A stretch of DNA of 64,000 bases. Source: Allobranchiibius huperziae. GTDB taxonomy: Bacteria > Actinomycetota > Actinomycetes > Actinomycetales > Dermatophilaceae. Position numbers and translations under genes: made by a program. The stretch lies in the NCBI RefSeq assembly GCF_013410455.1, contig NZ_JACCFW010000001.1:324929-388928 (forward strand), written 5' to 3'. Each line of letters begins with the position of its first letter. The stretch's first letter is position 1. Below, piece by piece: positions 53,559 to 62,859 of this stretch. The notes beneath the pieces were generated by a model that saw nothing but the letters and a program-made list of their open reading frames with translations, was not told the origin of the DNA and ran no database searches.

Positions 53559-54392
53559 GTGGCCGGACCTCTTGACACCCTCATCGCTCTGCCCGGGGTG
53601 TCCGCGGCCGTCGAGGACGCGCGGGAGACCTGTACGGCGCTGCGCTGGCACCCTGCCCTGCGCCGCCGGATCCCGGAGGCGGCCACCGAGTCGCGGGTGC
53701 GTGGCGCGCGGGCGAGCGCGGCGCTGGACGGCGCGGAGTTCGCCGTCGACCTGGTGCGCGACCTGATGCGCGGGGCCGTGGCGTGGCCGGATCCGATCGG
53801 TCCGCTGGAGCAGGGGCTGCGGTCCGCCGTGCTCGCGACCGCGGAGACCGAGCGGATGGGCTCCCAGGTGCGGTCGTCGCCCGCCGGGGCGCTCGCCCGG
53901 CTGCACGTGGCCGCGTCCGCCGGCGTCGCCGATCCCGACGACGTCGGGCGGCCACGAGTCGCAGGGCAGGACAGCCGCGAACTGGTCGAGTTGGGCCCGG
54001 CGCCCGAGGCCGGCCACGCCGCCGAGCGGATGCGCGCGGTGGCGTCGCTCGTGGCCGACCCGCAGGGTGCGCCCGTCCTGGTGCTCGCCGCCGTCGCGCA
54101 CGCGGAGATCGCGACCGCCCGCCCATTCGTACGCGGAAACGCTGTAGTGGCAAGGGCTTTTGAACGCGCAATCCTCATCGATGGTGGTGTGGACCCGACA
54201 GGTGTGGCCGTGCCGGAGTGGGGTCACGGCAGGCAGGGAGCTGTGGACTACCTCGGTGCGCTGTCGGCGTACGCGACGGGGAGCACGGACGGGGTGCGGC
54301 TCTGGCTGATCCACTGCGCCGAGGCCGTCGCGGCCGGCGCCCAGGAGGGCGGCCGGATCTGCGACGCGGTGCTCGCTGGGCGGCTCAACTAA
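53559..54392 (+). CDS. hypothetical protein with a degenerate Fic/Doc-like motif
   Basis: ARPFVRGNAVVARA resembles the Fic HPFx(D/E)GNGR motif, but the His and second Gly are absent. The start is uncertain. Confidence 0.4.
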   Translation: MAGPLDTLIALPGVSAAVEDARETCTALRWHPALRRRIPEAATESRVRGARASAALDGAEFAVDLVRDLMRGAVAWPDPIGPLEQGLRSAVLATAETERMGSQVRSSPAGALARLHVAASAGVADPDDVGRPRVAGQDSRELVELGPAPEAGHAAERMRAVASLVADPQGAPVLVLAAVAHAEIATARPFVRGNAVVARAFERAILIDGGVDPTGVAVPEWGHGRQGAVDYLGALSAYATGSTDGVRLWLIHCAEAVAAGAQEGGRICDAVLAGRLN

Positions 54393-54784
54393 CGGATTGT
54401 CCTCCTGTTCGGGGCCGTCCGCGAGGCCTTGTGTGACGGGCGGGGGAGGAGTAGACCTGTGGTCACAACTCCAGACCACGCGAACGACAGGTACCCACGC
54501 GCAGGCAGTTCACTGATGAACGCGATCGGTTTTACCGGACCCTCTGACGGCCGGGCCGACACAACGCCGAGTGCACGCTTGGTAACCAGGTCACGCGCGT
54601 TGGCGAGGACGCCTCCACCGACTCTTGTGGGGGCGTCTTCGTTGTCCCCTCCTCGGGCCGTCGCACGGATATCACGCGAGACGCTTGCCCGGAAAGCCGC
54701 GACCCTCCACACTTGAAGAACGGCGCTCCCTTCGGGTTGCAGCGCCTGGGTCGGTTGCCCTCCCCCAGGGCGATCCACCAGAAA

Positions 54785-54814
54785 GGCCCCCGCCACCCCC
54801 CTGGCGGGGGTCTT
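54785..54814 (+). terminator. GC-rich hairpin GGCCCCCGCCA-N7-TGGCGGGGGTC followed by TCTTTC, inside the tad leader
   Basis: Read directly. Possible terminator/attenuator or end of a small RNA. Confidence 0.35.
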
Positions 54815-54943
54815 TCTACGTCTCTACATCTGAGGAGCCGAGGCCGATTCTCAGGGCCCCTCATCCACATCCCCCCGAGAAGCAGCCTCGGCATCCACAG
54901 GCGCTGACGCACCGGTGGGCCGCCCGGTTCCCGCACCGCTTCC

Positions 54944-55681
54944 ATGTGGGACATGCGAACAAAGGGCGACCGGCGCGGGGCCGGCACGGCGGACGCCGTG
55001 GTGGTGATCGGGTGCGGAGGCGGCGCCGGGGCGTCCGTGCTGGTCACGGGACTGGCCGGTGCGGCCGATCGCCGCGGGCTGCGAGTGGTCGCGCTCGATC
55101 TCGACGCGTACGCCGGAGGGCTCGACGTCGTCTTCGGCATCGAACGCGCCGACGGGGTGCGGTGGGCCCAGGTCGCCGGTTCCGTGGGCGCGCTGGACGG
55201 TGCTGCGCTCTACGACGCTCTCCCCGCTGCGGGCCCCGCCGTTCTGTCCTACGGCCGGGAGGGCACAGCAGCGCCGGCTCAGGTGGTGGCCGAGGCGGTG
55301 ACCGCGCTGGCGGCATGCTGCGACCTGCTCTTAATCGACGCGCCACGGGACATCGACCCGCAGGACCTGCCGGCCGACGCGGTACCGGTGGTGGTGGCGC
55401 ACGGTTCGGTACGCGGCACCGCAGCAGCCGGCGTCGCGGTGGCGCGGCTGCGGTCCGCGGGGCGGGACCCGGTCGTCGTGCTGCGGGACGCCTCGGATCG
55501 GCTGGCAGAGGAGCTGTCCGATGCGGTCGAGGTGCAGGTGGTGGCCCAGGTGACCTCCGAGCGGCGCGTGCGCAGCGACCTGGCCCGCGGCGAGCGGCCG
55601 GGGGCGCAGGGCGACCTGGCCAAGGTGTGCGACGAGCTGCTGGAGCGGCTGATTGCGCAGCGGTCCGAGGCGGCGGCGTGA
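54944..55681 (+). CDS. TadZ/CpaE-like pilus assembly protein (degenerate ParA/MinD fold, Mtb Rv3660c-like)
   Basis: Deviant P-loop-like VVIGCGGGAGAS. First gene of the tad locus. Confidence 0.7.
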   Translation: MWDMRTKGDRRGAGTADAVVVIGCGGGAGASVLVTGLAGAADRRGLRVVALDLDAYAGGLDVVFGIERADGVRWAQVAGSVGALDGAALYDALPAAGPAVLSYGREGTAAPAQVVAEAVTALAACCDLLLIDAPRDIDPQDLPADAVPVVVAHGSVRGTAAAGVAVARLRSAGRDPVVVLRDASDRLAEELSDAVEVQVVAQVTSERRVRSDLARGERPGAQGDLAKVCDELLERLIAQRSEAAA

Positions 55682-56811
55682 GCATCGGGGAGGCGATGTG
55701 GGGCCGGATCCGCGAGGGCTCCGCTCCGACGCCGGAGTCCGTGGGCGAGCTGGCGTCACTCGACCGGGTCACCCTGGGCGCCGGTCGGGTGCAGCAGCTG
55801 CAGTCCCGGCTCAGCGCGGAGGTCTTCGGCGCTGGACCGCTCGAGGAGCTCCTTGCCCTGCCCGGCGTCACCGATGTGCTGGTCAACGGGACCGACGGGG
55901 TGTGGATCGACCGGGGCGAAGGCCTCGAACCCACGACCTGCGACGTGGGTGATGCGGCCGCGGTGCGCCGGCTCGCGGTCCGGCTGGCGACGAACGCCGG
56001 TCGACGGCTGGACGAGACGAGCCCGTACGTCGACGGACTGCTGACCGGTGGAGTGCGCCTGCACGCGGTGCTGCCGCCCCTGGTGCCCGACGCTGCCCAC
56101 ATCAGCCTCCGGGTGCCGCGGCGACATACCCCGACGCTGCAGGAGTTGCAGGCGAACTCCACGATCTGCGCGGTCGGGGCGCAGGTGCTCGACCGACTGG
56201 TGCGCGCCCGGATCGCGTTCGTGGTGACCGGCGGCACCGGTTCCGGCAAGACCACCCTGCTCGGGGCGCTGCTGTCGCGGGTGCCCGCGGGCGAGCGGAT
56301 CGTCGTGGTCGAGGACGTCCGTGAGCTGCGGATCGAGCACCCGCACGTCGTGGCGCTGCAGGGACGCACCCCGAACGTCGAGGGCGCCGGCGCCGTCCCG
56401 CTGGAGGTGCTGGTGCGCCAGTCGCTGCGGATGCGTCCCGATCGGCTGGTCGTCGGCGAGGTGCGCGGCGCGGAGGTGCGCGAACTCCTGAGTGCCCTCA
56501 ACACCGGCCACGACGGCGGATGCGGCACGGTGCACGCCAACACCGCCGCCGACGTCCTCGCCCGGTTCGAGGCACTCGGCGCCCTCGCCGGGATGTCCCA
56601 GCACGCCGTCCGCAGCCAGCTCGTGAGTGCGGTCAAGGTCGTGGTCCACCTGCGTCGTGAAGCGGCCGATCGGGTGGTGAGCGAGATCGCGGTCATCGGC
56701 TGGGACGGCGACGCGTTGTGCGTGCGGCCTGCCCTGGCCCGCCGGGACGGCACCATGCACCGTGAGGCCGCCTGGCCGGTGCTCGACCGCATGCTGGGCG
56801 ACGCACCGTGA
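55678..56811 (+). CDS. tadA: TadA/CpaF secretion ATPase
   Basis: Walker A GGTGSGKTT, Asp box, Walker B, His box (TGHDGGCGTVHAN). GTG overlaps the tadZ stop. Confidence 0.9.
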   Translation: MSIGEAMWGRIREGSAPTPESVGELASLDRVTLGAGRVQQLQSRLSAEVFGAGPLEELLALPGVTDVLVNGTDGVWIDRGEGLEPTTCDVGDAAAVRRLAVRLATNAGRRLDETSPYVDGLLTGGVRLHAVLPPLVPDAAHISLRVPRRHTPTLQELQANSTICAVGAQVLDRLVRARIAFVVTGGTGSGKTTLLGALLSRVPAGERIVVVEDVRELRIEHPHVVALQGRTPNVEGAGAVPLEVLVRQSLRMRPDRLVVGEVRGAEVRELLSALNTGHDGGCGTVHANTAADVLARFEALGALAGMSQHAVRSQLVSAVKVVVHLRREAADRVVSEIAVIGWDGDALCVRPALARRDGTMHREAAWPVLDRMLGDAP

Positions 56812-57509
56812 TCACCGCGCTGGTCTGCCTGTGCATCGCGGTGCTGTGCTGGCCGCTGCGCCATCCTCGACCGGACCTGCCGGCCAGGACCTCGTGGTTC
56901 CGCCGGGTCGCGATCGGGCGGTCGCGGCGCGGCAGGGCGCAGGATCCGGTCCGGGCCGTCTTGACCACCCTGGTCGAGGGCATCGCTCCTGCGGTCGAGG
57001 CCGGGGTCCCACCGCCCGTCGCGGTCGCCACGGCCGCGTCGGTCGCCGCCCGCACCGTCGAGATCCCCGAGCTGGCAGCAGAACTCGCGGGCCTGTCGTC
57101 CCTCGCTCGGAGCGGAGCGCCCCTCGCTCAGGCGTGGGCGGATCTGGCCGCGCGGCATCCGGGCGCCGGTCTCGAAGCCGTGGCCCGTGCGTGGTCCCTG
57201 TCCGACCGGATCGGCTGCGGGCTGAGCGAGGCCTTGAGCACGGCCGTCACCTCGATGCGCGAACAGGAGGACCACCGTCGCAGGGTCGCCGCGGCCACCG
57301 CCGGTCCGCGCGCCACCATGCAGTTGCTCACGCTGCTGCCGATCGCGGGCATCGCCATCTCGGCGTTCATCGGGGTGAACCCGGTGCGTCTCTACGCCGG
57401 CACGCCGGGCCTGGTCGCCCTGTTGCTCGGAGTGCTGCTGCTGTGGGCGGGCCGCCGGATGATCCGAGCGATGATCGCGCGATCGTGTGCGCCGGGGCCC
57501 CTGCGATGA
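56808..57509 (+). CDS. tadB: TadB, type II secretion F-family membrane protein
   Basis: T2SSF domain pattern, 3 TM. The start overlaps the upstream stop. Confidence 0.8.
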   Translation: MITALVCLCIAVLCWPLRHPRPDLPARTSWFRRVAIGRSRRGRAQDPVRAVLTTLVEGIAPAVEAGVPPPVAVATAASVAARTVEIPELAAELAGLSSLARSGAPLAQAWADLAARHPGAGLEAVARAWSLSDRIGCGLSEALSTAVTSMREQEDHRRRVAAATAGPRATMQLLTLLPIAGIAISAFIGVNPVRLYAGTPGLVALLLGVLLLWAGRRMIRAMIARSCAPGPLR

Positions 57510-58072
57510 ACCCGTCCGCGCCGGGGGCGTGGTGGTGCGCGGTCCTGCTCGTGGCGGTGACCCCGCTGGTGTGGCCACGGGCGCTGCCGGCGTCCCGACC
57601 CGCATCGTCCGTCCCGCCGCCGGTGGTGGCCGAGGACGTGCGTGCAGTCGCCGCCTCGCTGGATCTGCTGGCTCTCGCGCTCCGCAGCGGGGTGCCTCTG
57701 GTGACGGCCGTCGAAGCCGTTGCAGAGGACGCCGGCGAGAAGGTCTCGCGGCATCTGCGGCAGGTGGCGGCGGCGATGCGGTGGGGTGTGGACGAGGTGC
57801 GCGCCTGGGACGGGCTGCCCGCGGTGTGGAAGCCGGCTGCGGCATCGCTGGCGCTCGCGGTGACCGCCGGAGTGCCGCCGGGCGCCCTGCTGCGGCGCGC
57901 GGCCGACGACATCCGTCGCGTCGAACGCCAACGGCTCGACGAGGCGATCGGTCGGGTCTCCGTGCTGATCGTGGTGCCGCTCGGGCTGTGCTTCCTGCCG
58001 GCGTTCGCGCTGCTGACGGTGGTGCCCGTGGTGATGACGATCGCCCGCAGCGTCCTGGCCGGCACGTCGTGA
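57506..58072 (+). CDS. tadC: TadC, type II secretion F-family membrane protein
   Basis: T2SSF domain. ATG overlaps the tadB stop. It lies at the tail of track ORF 56762..58072. Confidence 0.8.
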   Translation: MNPSAPGAWWCAVLLVAVTPLVWPRALPASRPASSVPPPVVAEDVRAVAASLDLLALALRSGVPLVTAVEAVAEDAGEKVSRHLRQVAAAMRWGVDEVRAWDGLPAVWKPAAASLALAVTAGVPPGALLRRAADDIRRVERQRLDEAIGRVSVLIVVPLGLCFLPAFALLTVVPVVMTIARSVLAGTS

Positions 58073-58259
58073 GCGGCCCCGGACCACCACGTGCGCGGTT
58101 TGCGCCGTTGGCCAGTGCTGCAGTCCTGGCCGCCGACGCAAACCGCGCACCTGGGCGCGGCACCCCACGCCCAGCGCACCACGTCATCCCCCGATCGGTG
58201 GATGGGCAGAGAGGCGACGCCGGCGAGGGCCGGCACGCCATAGAGAGAGGCAGCAACAG

Positions 58260-58478
58260 ATGACACGACTCATGGTGCGGATGCGCCGGTGGTGGGCCAG
58301 GCGCTGGTCCGCGGTGACCTCCGCCGGACGACAAGCTGGGATGTCGACGGCCGAATACGCGGTGGGCACCCTGGCAGCCGTCGCGTTCGCGGTGGTGCTG
58401 ATCGGGGTGGTGAAGTCGGGAGCGGTGAAGACGACCCTGACCTCGATCATCCAGCATGCGCTGAGCGTGGCGTCGTGA
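58260..58478 (+). CDS. flp: Flp-family pilin (DUF4244 / Mtb Rv3656c-like)
   Basis: G|MSTAEY prepilin motif followed by a hydrophobic helix (AVGTLAAVAFAVVLIGVV). The start is uncertain (internal Met codons). Confidence 0.7.
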   Translation: MTRLMVRMRRWWARRWSAVTSAGRQAGMSTAEYAVGTLAAVAFAVVLIGVVKSGAVKTTLTSIIQHALSVAS

Positions 58479-58840
58479 CCCCGCGAGCTCGGCGGGCGGA
58501 TGCCGGCATGGTCTCCGCCGAGCTCGCGGTCGCCCTGCCGGCGGTGGTCTTCGTGATGCTGGTGGCGCTCGGTGCGCTCATGGTCGGCGTCGACCAGATC
58601 CGCTGCACCGACGCCGCCCGGGTGGCTGCCCGAGCCGCCGCCCGCGGTGATCCTGTCGACGCCGTACGGCGGGACGGCATACGCGCGGCACCTCCCGGGT
58701 CGTCTGTCGCCGTGCAGTTGGACGGCGACCTGGTGCGGGTGACGGTCACCACCCCGGTGCGGGGTCCGTTCGGGTGGGTCGCGGGCAGCGGCTCTCTGCA
58801 CGCGACCGGGGTGGCGCAGCAGGAGGCGGCACCGCCGTGA
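58475..58840 (+). CDS. TadE-like pilus assembly protein
   Basis: TadE N-terminal motif MVSAELAVALPAVVFVMLVAL. GTG overlaps the flp stop. Confidence 0.75.
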   Translation: MTPRARRADAGMVSAELAVALPAVVFVMLVALGALMVGVDQIRCTDAARVAARAAARGDPVDAVRRDGIRAAPPGSSVAVQLDGDLVRVTVTTPVRGPFGWVAGSGSLHATGVAQQEAAPP

Positions 58841-59226
58841 GGTGGGCGCGTGATCGTGGGTCCGGCACGGTGCTCATGGTGGGAGTCATCGCGGTTGTGC
58901 TGTGCGTGCTGGGCGGCGGACTCGCGCTGGTGTCAGCGGTGCAGGCCAGCATGCGGGCGCGGACGGCAGCGGACATGGCCGCACTTGCCGGCGAATCAGC
59001 CCTGCTGAAAGGCGGGGTGGACCCGTGCGCGGCTGCCGCGCGGGTGGCGTCGGCCGGCGGAGCCACGCTGCGGACGTGTACCCCGACCGGTGACAGCGTG
59101 ACGGTCGATGTCACCGTGGTGACGGGCGCAACCGCCCGGCTGGGCCTGGGAGCGGCGACTGCACGGTCGCGCGCCGGCTACTCCGCCGGGATCCCTCGCA
59201 GCACTGCCGCCGTGCCCTGGCTGTGA
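58837..59226 (+). CDS. TadE/TadF-like pseudopilin (Mtb Rv3654c-like)
   Basis: N-terminal TM helix (GSGTVLMVGVIAVVLCVLGGG) plus conserved Cys. GTG overlaps the upstream stop. Confidence 0.65.
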   Translation: MRWARDRGSGTVLMVGVIAVVLCVLGGGLALVSAVQASMRARTAADMAALAGESALLKGGVDPCAAAARVASAGGATLRTCTPTGDSVTVDVTVVTGATARLGLGAATARSRAGYSAGIPRSTAAVPWL

Positions 59227-59239
59227 CTACCGTTGGCTC

Positions 59240-59971
59240 ATGCCGCGGCAAGAAGACGAAACCCGCTTGTTGCCCGTGAACCTGCCGGTGAGGCAGCGCT
59301 GGGCCATCGGATCGCTGGGCGGCGTCTCGTTCGCCCTTGGTGCGGTGAGCAACCTCTGGGCGGGGCAGGACGGTGTCAGCACTCTGGGATTCGTGGTGGT
59401 CGGGGCGGGCGCCCTGATCATCGGGACGGTCGGGAAGCTGCCCACCCGTGTGACGTGGGGCGACAAGTCGGTCGAGATGGGTGCGCTGTACCGGGCGGTG
59501 GCGAGTATGGACCACGACCAGCGGCTGGCTCTCGCGCATTCCGTACGCGAGTCGGGCGAGGATGTGCCCGGTCCGATCCAACTGGCGATCAGTGGTGTCA
59601 GGATGGCCGAGCTCGCCTTGTTGGATGCCGTCCGGCGCGCTGCTCGCGGTCTGCATCTCGAGGTCAAGGAGGTGGGCGCCGATCTGCCCTACAACTGCGA
59701 AGTCTATGACGACGCGCGGCGCGTGGGCGTGATCCTCAAGGCCGGCGGGGCGACGGTGCAGTTGAGTCGCCTGGCGAAGATCGATGACATCAGACGGTGG
59801 CTCGTCGTCAGCGAGGCCGTCAGCTCGGCCGTGGTGGCGCACACCGCGGCAGAGGCGGGGGATCGCAACGAGATCATCCGGACCTGGGCGGATCAGAACG
59901 ATCTGGTGAACGCGTTCAACTACTACTTCTCCGACACGGTGGAGCCGCATCTGGGTGTGGCTCGATTCTGA
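59240..59971 (+). CDS. hypothetical membrane-anchored protein (two N-terminal TM helices plus a 170-aa soluble domain)
   Basis: 243-aa ORF 13 bp after the last tad gene. No recognisable family. Its DNA is visibly less GC-rich than the neighbouring genes. Confidence 0.55.
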   Translation: MPRQEDETRLLPVNLPVRQRWAIGSLGGVSFALGAVSNLWAGQDGVSTLGFVVVGAGALIIGTVGKLPTRVTWGDKSVEMGALYRAVASMDHDQRLALAHSVRESGEDVPGPIQLAISGVRMAELALLDAVRRAARGLHLEVKEVGADLPYNCEVYDDARRVGVILKAGGATVQLSRLAKIDDIRRWLVVSEAVSSAVVAHTAAEAGDRNEIIRTWADQNDLVNAFNYYFSDTVEPHLGVARF

Positions 59972-60044
59972 CGAGCACTCTGCCCCCCGCCGTACGCCCG
60001 GGGGGCAGGTGCGTCGCCGGCCTTCACCGCGGTTCCCCAGTAGG

Positions 60045-62399
60045 TCATGAGGGCGGGGCATCCTGAAGCAGCCGGTCCAGCAGCAGCACGGCACCGGGCT
60101 TGTCCAGGGGCTCGTTGCCGTTGCCGCACTTGGGCGACTGCACGCATGACGGACATCCGTGCGCGCAGCTGCAGTCCGCGATCGCCGATCGGGTGGCCGC
60201 CAACCAGGTGCGCGCCGCGGCGTACGCGCGCTCGGTGAAACCGGCGCCGCCCGGGTGGCCGTCGTAGACCACCACCGTCGGCACGCCGGTGTCCGGGTGC
60301 AGCGCGGTCGACACCCCGCCGATGTCCCACCGGTCGGACTGGGCCACGAGCGGCAGGATCCCGATGGAGGCGTGCTCGGCCGCGTGCAGCGCACCGGGCA
60401 GGTCAGCAGGGTTCAGACCCGTTGCGAGGGCGACGGATTCGGGCATCGTCCACCACACGCCTCTGGTCACCAGTTCGCGCTCGGGCAGGTCGAGGGGGTG
60501 CTCGCCCAGCACCTCGCCGGACGGCAGCCGGCGCAGGAAGGAGGTCACCTGACTGCGCACCCGGATCGTGCCGAAGTGCAGCTCGCAGTCGCCCCACACC
60601 TCGTGCCGGTGCGAGCTGACGATGTCGAACGAGCTGACCGACCGCGCCATCGTCGACCACCCGGGATCGCCCGGCACGACGTGCGCGCTGCCGTCGTCCA
60701 GGTCGAGCGCGGTCACCACGAACGGTGCTCCCTGGTGGGTGTAGACGGCACCGGTGTGCACCGTGGTGTGCGACCGGGCACCGTCGACCGTGCCGAGCAC
60801 CCGCGCGGTGCGCGTCTCGACGATGCGCACGACGTCCTCGCCGGAGCCGCGCAGCGAGAAGTGGTCGGCGGGGCGGTCCTCGCGTGCCCAGAACCACCCG
60901 CGAGGGCGGCGTCGCAGCACACCGCGCGCCACGAGCGCGGCCAGCAGACCCACCATGTCGTCGCCGAAGTAGGCGCTGTCCGCCACGGTCACCGGCAGCT
61001 CGGCCGCCGCCGCCGCCAGGTGCGGCGCGAGGACATAGGGGTTGGCCGGGTCGCAGACCGCCTGTTCGACCGGTCGGTCGAAGATCGCCTCGGGATGGTG
61101 GGTGACGAACGTGTCCAGCGGGTCGTCGGCCGCGACCATCACGACCAGCGACGACGCTGCGCCGCGCCCGGCGCGGCCGGCCTGCTGGCGGAACGACGCG
61201 ACCGTCCCGGGCCAGCCGGCCATCACGACGGCGTCCAGTCCGCTGATGTCGATGCCGAGCTCGAGGGCGTTGGTCGCCGCGAGACCCCGCAACGCGCCGC
61301 TGCGCAGCGCCGCCTCCAGCTCGCGTCTCTCCTCCGGCAGGTACCCCCCGCGGTACGCCGCCACGGTGGACCCGTCCGATCCCAGCGCCGCTCGCGTCAT
61401 CTCTGCCACCACCTCGACGCCGACTCGGGACCGGGCGAAGGTCAGGGTCTGTACCCCCCGGCGTACGAGAGCGGTCATCAGGTCCGCCGACTCCGCGACC
61501 GCACTGCGGCGGCTCTCGCCCGTGGGATCCGAGGGCGCGCTGCCCGGCTCCCACAGCGCGTACGTCGTGGCGCCGTGCGGCGACCCGTCCTCGTCGACCA
61601 CCTGCACCGGCCGGCCCACGAGGCGCCCCAGCTGCTCGGACGGCGCGGCCGAGGTCGCGGATGCCAGCACGAACGTGGGGGAGGTGGAGTACCTCACCGC
61701 GATCCGCTGCAACCGGCGCAGGATCAGCGCGACATGCGCGCCGAAGACGCCTTTGTACACGTGCGACTCGTCGACGACGACGTACCGCAACCGTCGTAGG
61801 AAGGAGGCCCACCGCTCGTGCTGCGGCAGCAGGGTGTGGTGCAGCAGGTCGGGGTTGGTGAGCACGAGGTGGGCGTGCTCGCGGATCCAGCGGCGTTCGT
61901 CGGTGGGGGTGTCGCCATCGAGGGTCGCCGCGCGGATGCCGGGGATGGCGTACGAGGCGATCCGGGCCTCCTGGTCGGCGCCGAGCGCCTTGGTCGGCGC
62001 CAGATAGATGGCGGTCGCGCCGCGTCCGGTCGGCGCCGACACGCCCTCGGAGAGGGCGGACAGCACCGGAAGCAGATAGGCCAGGCTCTTCCCGGACGCC
62101 GTGCCGGTGCAGATCCCGACGTCCACGCCCTCGTGGGCAAGGTCGGCGACATGCCGCTGGTGGGTCCACAGCTCGCGCACCCCCGTGCCCTCGATGGCGG
62201 CGCGGACAGGGGCGTGCACCCAGGTCGGCCACGGCGCGGAGGATGCCGGCCGGGCCGGGTCGGTGCGCACGTGCAGCAGCCGGCCCGTGCCGGCACCGGT
62301 CAGAGCGTCGAGTGCCGATGCGACGTCGGGTCGGCAGGCGCTGGACGTGATGATCGCTCCGTCCCTCCGTGTGGTGTCCGAGTGGCTGATGAGGGCCAT
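60045..62399 (-). CDS. DEAD/DEAH-box helicase with C-terminal DUF1998 zinc module (MrfA/YprA-like, Mtb Rv3649-like)
   Basis: Walker A GTASGKS, DEAD-like DESH, helicase C domain, C-terminal Cys cluster CSCAHGCPSC...C. 784 aa. Confidence 0.85.
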   Translation of the reverse strand: MALISHSDTTRRDGAIITSSACRPDVASALDALTGAGTGRLLHVRTDPARPASSAPWPTWVHAPVRAAIEGTGVRELWTHQRHVADLAHEGVDVGICTGTASGKSLAYLLPVLSALSEGVSAPTGRGATAIYLAPTKALGADQEARIASYAIPGIRAATLDGDTPTDERRWIREHAHLVLTNPDLLHHTLLPQHERWASFLRRLRYVVVDESHVYKGVFGAHVALILRRLQRIAVRYSTSPTFVLASATSAAPSEQLGRLVGRPVQVVDEDGSPHGATTYALWEPGSAPSDPTGESRRSAVAESADLMTALVRRGVQTLTFARSRVGVEVVAEMTRAALGSDGSTVAAYRGGYLPEERRELEAALRSGALRGLAATNALELGIDISGLDAVVMAGWPGTVASFRQQAGRAGRGAASSLVVMVAADDPLDTFVTHHPEAIFDRPVEQAVCDPANPYVLAPHLAAAAAELPVTVADSAYFGDDMVGLLAALVARGVLRRRPRGWFWAREDRPADHFSLRGSGEDVVRIVETRTARVLGTVDGARSHTTVHTGAVYTHQGAPFVVTALDLDDGSAHVVPGDPGWSTMARSVSSFDIVSSHRHEVWGDCELHFGTIRVRSQVTSFLRRLPSGEVLGEHPLDLPERELVTRGVWWTMPESVALATGLNPADLPGALHAAEHASIGILPLVAQSDRWDIGGVSTALHPDTGVPTVVVYDGHPGGAGFTERAYAAARTWLAATRSAIADCSCAHGCPSCVQSPKCGNGNEPLDKPGAVLLLDRLLQDAPPS

Positions 62400-62517
62400 G
62401 ACACAATGTGGCCGGTCTACCGACCTGGTCTGATTGTGACCATCATCATCACTGTCGCATCACCGGACGACATCCCTGTCCCGGGTATCACGACGATGTC
62501 CGCGGAAAGGCGGTTTC

Positions 62518-62859
62518 ATGCAGGTCTCGGTGCTCGGCTCGCCCGAAACCGATCCATTGGTTCTCAATGTCCAGGGTGACCTGGACGCGACCACCTCGCC
62601 GGTTTTGCGCGCGGAACTCGCCCGTCTGATGGCGGCCCGCAACGCCCGTGTGGTCCTGGATCTGCGGGGCGTGCCGTTTCTGGACTCCACCGGCCTCGGC
62701 GTGCTGGTCGGCCGCCTGCGCTCCATCCGGCTCGCCGGAGGCGACCTGGTGCTGGTCATCGACAACGAGCGCGTGCTGCGCAATTTCGCGATCACCGGTC
62801 TGAACAAGGTCTTCCAGATCTTCAGCAGCCGCGACGAGGCCCTGACGACCCTTGGCTGA
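62518..62859 (+). CDS. STAS-domain anti-sigma-factor antagonist
   Basis: SpoIIAA-like (LDLRGVPFLDSTGLGVLVG) with a conserved phosphorylatable Ser. Confidence 0.85.
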   Translation: MQVSVLGSPETDPLVLNVQGDLDATTSPVLRAELARLMAARNARVVLDLRGVPFLDSTGLGVLVGRLRSIRLAGGDLVLVIDNERVLRNFAITGLNKVFQIFSSRDEALTTLG

